Shown here: one piece after another, positions 54,101 to 64,000 of the stretch | Position numbering within the stretch: position 1 is the stretch's first letter | How the letters are laid out: each line of letters opens with the position of its first letter | Assembly (NCBI GenBank): GCA_964016885.1 | Contig: CAXHJY010000264.1 | Coordinates: forward strand, 372,001 to 436,000 | Origin: Eledone cirrhosa | Taxonomy: Eukaryota | DNA length: 64,000 bases | Direction: 5' to 3' | Position numbers and translations under genes: made by a program | Notes under the pieces: model-generated | The model's database searches: none | Told to the model about the DNA's origin: nothing | The model's input: the letters and a program-made list of their open reading frames with translations, nothing else

Positions 54101-57100
54101 CACATCACATGTCTATACCAACACAGTCTCCTCTCCTACACACTACATCTGATTCCTCTTATACCTAGTTTCTCTCTCAGTTCATCCATAAACATCACAT
54201 GTCTATACCAACATAGTCTCCTCTCCTACACTCTACATCTGATTCCTCTTATACATAGTTTCACTCTCAGTCCATGCATACACATCACATGTCTATACCA
54301 ACAAAGTCTCCTCTCCTACACACTACATCTGATTCCTCTTATACCTATTTTCTCTCTCAGTCCATCCATACACATCACATGTCTATACCAACACAGTCTC
54401 CTCTCCTACACACTACATCTGATTTCTCTTATACTTAGTTTCTTTCCCAGTTCATCCATACACATCACATGTCTATACCAACAGTCTCCTCTCCTACACA
54501 CTACATCTGATACCTCTTATACCTAGTTTCTCTCTCCATCCATATACATCACATGTCTATACCAACGCATTCTCCTCTCCTACACACTACATCTGATTCC
54601 TCTTATACCTAGTCTCTCTCTCAGTTCATCCATACACATCACATGTCTATACCAACACAGTCTCCTCTCCTACATCTCATTCCTCTTATACCTAGTTTCT
54701 CTCTCAGTCCATCCATACACATCACATGTCTATACCAGCAGTCTCCTCTCCTACACACTACATATGATTCCTCTTATACCTAGTTTCTCTCTCCATCCAT
54801 ACACATCACATGTCTATACCAACACAGTCTCCTCTCCTACACACTACATCTGATTCCTCTTATACCTAGTTTCTCTCTCAGTTCATCCATAAACATCACA
54901 TGTCTATACCAACATAGTCTCCTCTCCTACACTCTACATCTGATTCCTCTTATACATAGTTTCACTCTCAGTCCATGCATACACATCACATGTCTATACC
55001 AACAAAGTCTCCTCTCCTACACACTACATCTTAGTCCTCTTATACCTATTTTCTCTCTCAGTACATCCATACACATCACATGTCTATACCAACACAGTCT
55101 CCTCTCCTACACACTACATCTGATTCCTCTTATACCTAGTTTCTCTCTCAGTCCATCCATACACATCACATGTCTATACCAACACAGTCTCCTCTCCTAC
55201 ATCTGATTCCTCTTATACCTAGTTTCTCTCTCAGTTAATTCATACACATCACATGTCTATACCAACACAGTTTCCTCTCCTACACACTACATCTGATTTC
55301 TCTTATACTTAGTTTCTTTCCCAGTTCATCCATACACATCACATGTCTATACAAACACAGTCTCCTCTCCTACACACTACATCTGATTCCTCTTATACGT
55401 AGTTTCTCTCTCCATCCATACACATCACATGTCTATACCAATACAGTCTCCTCTCCTACACACTACATCTGATTCCTCTTATACCTAGTTTCTCTCCCAG
55501 TTCATCCATACACATCATATGTCTATACCAACGCAGTCTCCTCTCCTACACACTACATCTGATTCCTCTCATACCTAGTTTCTGTTTCCATCCATACACA
55601 TCACATGTCTATACCAACAGTCTCCTCTCCTACACACTACATCTGATTCCTCTTATACCTAGTTTCTCTCCCAATTCATCCATACACATCACATGTCTAT
55701 ACCAACACAGTCTCCTCTCCTACACACTACATCTGATTCCTCTTATACCTAGTTTCTCTCTCAGTTCATCCATACACATCACATGTCTATACCAACACAG
55801 TCTCCTCTCCTACACACTACATCTGATTCCTCTTATACCTAGTTTCTCTCCCAAATCATCCATACACATCACATGTCTATACCAACACAGTCTCCTCTCC
55901 TACACACTACATCTGATTCCTCTTATACCTAGTTTCTCTCTCAGTTCATCCATAAACATCACATGTCTATACCAACATAGTCTCCTCTCCTACACTCTAC
56001 ATCTGATTCCTCTTATACATAGTTTCACTCTCAGTCCATGCATACACATCACATGTCTATACCAACAAAGTCTCCTCTCCTACACACTACATCTTAGTCC
56101 TCTTATACCTATTTTCTCTCTCAGTCCATCCATACACATCACATGTCTATACCAACACAGTCTCCTCTCCTACACACTACATCTGATTCCTCTTATACCT
56201 AGTTTCTCTCTCAGTCCATCCATACACATCACATGTCTATACCAACACAGTCTTCTCTATCTGATTCCTCTTATACCTAGTTTCTCTCTCAGTTAATTCA
56301 TACACATCACATGTCTATACCAACACAGTTTCCTCTCCTACACACTACATCTGATTTCTCTTATACTTAGTTTCTTTCCCAGTTCATCCATACACATCAC
56401 ATGTCTATACAAACACAGTCTCCTCTCCTACACACTACATCTGATTCCTCTTATACGTAGTTTCTCTCTCCATCCATACACATCACATGTCTATACCAAT
56501 ACAGTCTCCTCTCCTACACACTACATCTGATTCCTCTTATACCTAGTTTCTCTCCCAGTTCATCCATACACATCATATGTCTATACCAACGCAGTCTCCT
56601 CTCCTACACACTACATCTGATTCCTCTCATACCTAGTTTCTGTTTCCATCCATACACATCACATGTCTATACCAACAGTCTCCTCTCCTACACACTACAT
56701 CTGATTTCTCTTATACTTAGTTTCTTTCCCAGTTCATCCATACACATCACATGTCTATACCAACACAGTCTCCTCTCCTACACACTACATCTGATTCCTC
56801 TTATACCTATTTTCTCTCTCAGTCCATCCATACACATCACATGTCTATACCAACACAGTCTCCTCTCCTACATCTGATTCCTCTGATACCTAGTTTCTCT
56901 CTCAGTTCATTCATACACATCACATGTCTATACCAACACAGTTTCCTCTCCTACACACTACATCTGATTTCTCTTATACTTAGTTTCTCTCCCAATTCAT
57001 CCATACACATCACATGTCTATACCAACACAGTCTCCTCTCCTACACACTACATCTGATTCCTCTTATACCTAGTTTCTCTCTCAGTTCATCCATACACAT

Positions 57101-60100
57101 CACATGTCTATAGCAACAGAGTCTCCTCTCCTACACACTACATCTGATTCCTCTTATACCTAGTTTCTCTCCCAATTCATCCATACACATCACATGTCTA
57201 TACCAACACAGTCTCCTCTCCTACACACTACATCTGATTCCTCTTATACCTAGTTTCTCTCTCAGTTCATCCATAAACATCACATGTCTATACCAACATA
57301 GTCTCCTCTCCTACACTCTACATCTGATTCCTCCTATACATAGTTTCACTCTCAGTCCATGCATACACATCACATGTCTATACCAACAAAGTCTCCTCTC
57401 CTACACACTACATCTGATTCCTCTTATACCTATTTTCTCTCTCAGTCCATCCATACACATCACATGTCTATACCAACACAGTCTCCTCTCCTACACACTA
57501 CATCTGATTTCTCTTATACTTAGTTTCTTTCCCAGTTCATCCATACACATCACATGTCTATACCAACAGTCTCCTCTCCTACATACTACATCTGATACCT
57601 CTTATACCTAGTTTCTCTCTCCATCCATACACATCACATGTCCATACCAACGCATTCTCCTCTCCTACACACTACATCTGATTCCTCTTATACCTAGTCT
57701 CTCTCTCAGTTCATCCATACACATCACATGTCTATACCAACACAGTCTCCTCTCCTACATCTCATTCCTCTTATACCTAGTTTCTCTCTCAGTCCATCCA
57801 TACACATCACATGTCTATACCAGCAGTCTCCTCTCCTACACACTACATATGATTCCTCTTATACCTAGTTTCTCACTCCATCCATACACATCACATGTCT
57901 ATACCAACACAGTCTCCTCTCCTACACACTACATCTGATTCCTCTTATACCTAGTTTCTCTCTCAGTTCATCCATAAACATCACATGTCTATACCAACAT
58001 AGTCTCCTCTCCTACACTCTACATCTGATTCCTCTTATACATAGTTTCACTCTGAGTCCATGCATACACATCACATGTCTATACCAACAAAGTCTCCTCT
58101 CCTACACACTACATCTTAGTCCTCTTATACCTATTTTCTCTCTCAGTCCATCCATACACATCACATGTCTATACCAACACAGTCTCCTCTCCTACATCTG
58201 ATTCCTCTTATACCTAGTTTCTCTCTCAGTTAATTCATACACATCACATGTCTATACCAACACAGTTTCCTCTCCTACACACTACACCTGATTTCTCTTA
58301 TACTTAGTTTCTTTCCCAGTTCATCCATACACATCACATGTCTATACAAACACAGTCTCCTCTCCTACACACTACATCTGATTCCTCTTATACGTAGTTT
58401 CTCTCTCCATCCATACACATCACATGTCTATACCAATACAGTCTCCTCTCCTACACACTACATCTGATTCCTCTTATACCTAGTTTCTCTCCCAGTTCAT
58501 CCATACACATCATATGTCTATACCAACGCAGTCTCCTCTCCTACACACTACATCTGATTCCTCTCATACCTAGTTTCTGTTTCCATCCATACACATCACA
58601 TGTCTATACCAACAGTCTCCTCTCCTACACACTACATCTGATTTCTCTTATACTTAGTTTCTTTCCCAGTTCATCCATACACATCACATGTCTATACCAA
58701 CACAGTCTCCTCTCCTACACACTACATCTGATTCCTCTTATACCTAGTTTCTCTCCCAATTCATCCATACACATCACATGTCTATACCAACACAGTCTCC
58801 TCTCCTACACACTACATCTGATTCCTCTTATACCTAGTTTCTCTCTCAGTTCATCCATACACATCACATGTCTATAGCAACACAGTCTCCTCTCCTACAC
58901 ACTACATCTGATTCCTCTTATACCTAGTTTCTCTCCCAATTCATCCATACACATCACATGTCTATACCAACACAGTCTCCTCTCCTACACACTACATCTG
59001 ATTCCTCTTATACCTAGTTTCTCTCTCAGTTCATCCATAAACATCACATGTCTATACCAACATAGTCTCCTCTCCTACACTCTACATCTGATTCCTCTTA
59101 TACATAGTTTCACTCTCAGTCCATGCATACACATCACATGTCTATACCAACAAAGTCTCCTCTCCTACACACTACATCTGATTCCTCTTATACCTATTTT
59201 CTCTCTCAGTCCATCCATACACATCACATGTCTATACCAACACAGTCTCCTCTCCTACACACTACATCTGATTCCTCTTATACCTAGTTTCTCTCTCAGT
59301 CCATCCATACACATCACATGTCTATACCAAGACAGTCTTCTCTATCTGATTCCTCTTATACCTAGTTTCTCTCTCAGTTAATTCATACACATCACATGTC
59401 TATACCAACACAGTTTCCTCTCCTACACACTACATCTGATTTCTCTTATACTTAGTTTCTTTCCCAGTTCATCCATACACATCACATGTCTATACAAACA
59501 CAGTCTCCTCTCCTAAACACTACATCTGATTCCTCTTATACGTAGTTTCTCTCTCCATCCATACACATCACATGTCTATACCAATACAGTCTCCTCTCCT
59601 ACACACTACATCTGATTCCTCTTATACCTAGTTTCTCTCCCAGTTCATCCATACACATCATATGTCTATACCAACGCAGTCTCCTCTCCTACACACTACA
59701 TCTGATTCCTCTCATACCTAGTTTCTGTTTCCATCCATACACATCACATGTCTATACCAACAGTCTCCTCTCCTACACACTACATCTGATTTCTCTTATA
59801 CTTAGTTTCTTTCCCAGTTCATCCATACACATCACATGTCTATACCAACACAGTCTCCTCTCCTACACACTACATCTGATTCCTCTTATACCTATTTTCT
59901 CTCTCAGTCCATCCATACACATCACATGTCTATACCAACACAGTCTCCTCTCCTACATCTGATTCCTCTTATACCTAGTTTCTCTCTCAGTTCATTCATA
60001 CACATCACATGTCTATACCAACACAGTTTCCTCTCCTACACACTACATCTGATTTCTCTTATACTTAGTTTCTCTCCCAATTCATCCATACACATCACAT

Positions 60101-63100
60101 GTCTATACCAACACAGTCTCCTCTCCTACACACTACATCTGATTCCTCTTATACCTAGTTTCTCTCTCAGTTCATCCATACACATCACATGTCTATAGCA
60201 ACATAGTCTCCTCTCCTACACACTACATCTGATTCCTCTTATACCTAGTTTCTCTCCCAATTCATCCATACACATCACATGTCTATACCAACACAGTCTC
60301 CTCTCCTACACACTACATCTGATTCCTCTTATACCTAGTTTCTCTCTCAGTTCATCCATAAACATCACATGTCTATACCAACAGTCTCCTCTCCTACACA
60401 CTACATCTGATTTCTCTTATACTTAGTTTCTTTCCCAGTTCATCCATACACATCACATGTCTATACCAACACAGTCTCCTCTCCTACACACTACATCTGA
60501 TTCCTCTTATACCTAGTTTCTCTCCCAATTCATCCATACACATCACATGTCTATAGCAACATAGTCTCCTCTCCTACACACTACATCTGATTCCTCTTAT
60601 ACCTAGTTTCTCTCCCAATTCATCCATACACATCACATGTCTATACCAACACAGTCTCCTCTCCTACACACTACATCTGATTCCTCTTATACCTAGTTTC
60701 TCTCCCAATTCATCCATACACATCACATGTCTATAGCAACACAGTCTCCTCTCCTACACACTACATCTGATTCCTCTTATACCTAGTTTCTCTCCCAATT
60801 CATCCATACACATCACATGTCTATACCAACACAGTCTCCTCTCCTACACACTACATCTGATTCCTCTTATACCTAGTTTCTCTCTCAGTTCATCCATACA
60901 CATCACATGTCTATAGCAACACAGTCTCCTCTCCTACACACTACATCTGATTCCTCTTATACCTAGTTTCTCTCCCAATTCATCCATACACATCACATGT
61001 CTATACCAACACAGTCTCCTCTCCTACACACTACATCTGATTCCTCTTATACCTAGTTTCTCTCCCAATTCATCCATACACATCACATGTCTATACCAAC
61101 ACAGTCTCCTCTCCTACACACTACATCTGATTCCTCTTATACCTAGTTTCTCTCTCAGTTCATCCATAAACATCACATGTCTATACCAACAGTCTCCTCT
61201 CCTACACACTACATCTGATTTCTCTTATACTTAGTTTCTTTCCCAGTTCATCCATACACATCACATGTCTATACCAACACAGTCTCCTCTCCTACACACT
61301 ACATCTGATTCCTCTTATACCTAGTTTCTCTCCCAATTCATCCATACACATCACATGTCTATACCAACACAGTCTCCTCTCCTACACACTACATCTGATT
61401 CCTCTTATACCTAGTTTCTCTCTCAGTTCATCCATACACATCACATGTCTATAGCAACACAGTCTCCTCTCCTACACACTACATCTGATTCCTCTTATAC
61501 CTAGTTTCTCTCCCAATTCATCCATACACATCACATGTCTATACAAACACAGTCTCCTCTCCTACACACTACATCTGATTCCTCTTATACCTAGTTTCTC
61601 TCTCAGTTCATCCATAAACATCACATGTCTATACCAACATAGTCTCCTCTCCTACACTCTACATCTGATTCCTCTTATACATAGTTTCACTCTCAGTCCA
61701 TGCATACACATCACATGTCTATACCAACAAAGTCTCCTCTCCTACACACTACATCTGATTCCTCTTATACCTATTTTCTCTCTCAGTCCATCCATACACA
61801 TCACATGTCTATACCAACACAGTCTCCTCTATCTGATTCCTCTTATACCTAGTTTCTCTCTCAGTTAATTCATACACATCACATGTCTATACCAACACAG
61901 TTTCCTCTCCTACACACTACATCTGATTTCTCTTATACTTAGTTTCTTTCCCAGTTCATCCATACACATCACATGTCTATACAAACACAGTCTCCTCTCC
62001 TAAACACTACATCTGATTCCTCTTATACGTAGTTTCTCTCTCCATCCATACACATCACATGTCTATACCAATACAGTCTCCTCTCCTACACACTACATCT
62101 GATTCCTCTTATACCTAGTTTCTCTCCCAGTTCATCCATACACATCATATGTCTATACCAACGCAGTCTCCTCTCCTACACACTACATCTGATTCCTCTC
62201 ATACCTAGTTTCTGTTTCCATCCATACACATCACATGTCTATACCAACAGTCTCCTCTCCTACACACTACATCTGATTTCTCTTATACTTAGTTTCTTTC
62301 CCAGTTCATCCATACACATCACATGTCTATACCAACACAGTCTCCTCTCCTACACACTACATCTGATTCCTCTTATACCTATTTTCTCTCTCAGTCCATC
62401 CATACACATCACATGTCTATACCAACACAGTCTCCTCTCCTACATCTGATTCCTCTTATACCTAGTTTCTCTCTCAGTTCATTCATACACATCACATGTC
62501 TATACCAACACAGTTTCCTCTCCTACACACTACATCTGATTTCTCTTATACTTAGTTTCTCTCCCAATTCATCCATACACATCACATGTCTATACCAACA
62601 CAGTCTCCTCTCCTACACACTACATCTGATTCCTCTTATACCTAGTTTCTCTCTCAGTTCATCCATACACATCACATGTCTATAGCAACATAGTCTCCTC
62701 TCCTACACACTACATCTGATTCCTCTTATACCTAGTTTCTCTCCCAATTCATCCATACACATCACATGTCTATACCAACACAGTCTCCTCTCCTACACAC
62801 TACATCTGATTCCTCTTATACCTAGTTTCTCTCTCAGTTCATCCATAAACATCACATGTCTATACCAACATAGTCTCCTCTCCTACACTCTACATCTGAT
62901 TCCTCTTATACATAGTTTCACTCTCAGTCCATGCATACACATCACATGTCTATACCAACAAAGTCTCCTCTCCTACACACTACATCTGATTCCTCTTATA
63001 CCTATTTTCTCTCTCAGTCCATCCATACACATCACATGTCTATACCAACACAGTCTCCTCTCCTACACACTACATCTGATTTCTCTTATACTTAGTTTCT

Positions 63101-64000
63101 TTCCCAGTTCATCCATACACATCACATGTCTATACCAACAGTCTCCTCTCCTACACACTACATCTGATACCTCTTATACCTAGTTTCTCTCTCCATCCAT
63201 ACACATCACATGTCCATACCAATGCATTCTCCTGTCCTACACACTACATCTGATTCCTCTTATACCTAGTCTCTCTCTCAGTTCATCCATACACATCACA
63301 TGTCTATACCAACACAGTCTCCTCTCCTACATCTCATTCCTCTTATACCTAGTTTCTCTCTCAGTCCATCCATACACATCACATGTCTATACCAGCAGTC
63401 TCCTCTCCTACACACTACATATGATTCCTCTTATACCTAGTTTCTCTCTCCATCCATACACATCACATGTCTATACCAACACAGTCTCCTCTCCTACACA
63501 CTACATCTGATTCCTCTTATACCTAGTTTCTCTCTCAGTTCATCCATAAACATCACATGTCTATACCAACATAGTCTCCTCTCCTACACTCTACATCTGA
63601 TTCCTCTTATACATAGTTTCACTCTCAGTCCATGCATACACATCACATGTCTATACCAACAAAGTCTCCTCTCCTACACACTACATCTTAGTCCTCTTAT
63701 ACCTATTTTCTCTCTCAGTCCATCCATACACATCACATGTCTATACCAACACAGTCTCCTCTCCTACACACTACATCTGATTCCTCTTATACCTAGTTTC
63801 TCTCTCAGTCCATCCATACACATCACATGTCTATACCAACACAGTCTCCTCTCCTACATCTGATTCCTCTTATACCTAGTTTCTCTCTCAGTTAATTCAT
63901 ACACATCACATGTCTATACCAACACAGTTTCCTCTCCTACACACTACACCTGATTTCTCTTATACTTAGTTTCTTTCCCAGTTCATCCATACACATCACA

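Larger units (their letters stand above)
42981..57145. repeat. Head-to-tail 7,079-bp tandem duplication inside satellite D
   Basis: Identical ORFs at offset 7079 (43483/50562, 44048/51127, 46240/53319, 46679/53758, 49672/56751). Private variants match, e.g. TAGCAACAGAG at 50032 and 57111. Breakpoint near 50060-50065. Confidence 0.9.
20891..64000. repeat. Satellite D: >43-kb array of ~90-bp monomers (83/86/88/90-bp variants, roughly 430-440 copies) derived from RTE ORF2; runs off the right edge
   Basis: CATCCATACACATCACATGTCTATACCAACACAGTCTCCTCTCCTACACACTACATCTGATTCCTCTTATACCTAGTTTCTCTCTCAGTT; minus translation MCMDELREKLGIRGIRCSV*ERRLCWYRHV. Confidence 0.98.

Noticed and set aside
20991-62685. 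Many short plus-strand ORFs (MSIPTQSPLLH...) and the possibility of a repeat protein from array D
   Set aside because: These are periodicity artefacts. The LINE-sense frame has a TAG in almost every monomer and frequent 2-, 4- and 7-bp deletions.

Overview
Eukaryotic, repeat-saturated animal DNA. The SINE, RTE and MITE families resemble those of octopus/coleoid cephalopods; this is recognition from memory, not a database result. The only host-gene signal found is a 109-bp minus-strand internal exon at 9704-9812, with canonical AG/GT ends, encoding an SRA1/SRAP-like peptide; it is absent from the ORF track. The rest therefore looks like giant intron. Five unrelated tandem arrays fill it: A (64 bp = 34+30, 1-9354), B (48 bp), C (65 bp), E (48 bp) and D (~90 bp, 20891 to beyond 64000). 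Four of them still sit inside the transposon copy they grew from. B comes from a TTAA-ended piggyBac-like MITE end and E from an RTE LINE 3' UTR. C and D come from the same conserved RLRW.GHV.RM codons of ORF2, in two different RTE families. Array D carries two independent CR1-clade LINE insertions. One was copied into four versions by array duplication, including an exact 7,079-bp tandem duplication, and so records the array's growth. Also present are a non-autonomous Helitron, tRNA-derived SINEs, a twin-priming-like inverted RTE and two abutting microsatellite-centred palindromes. There are no prokaryotic features and no CRISPR array; most listed ORFs are artefacts of satellite periodicity.
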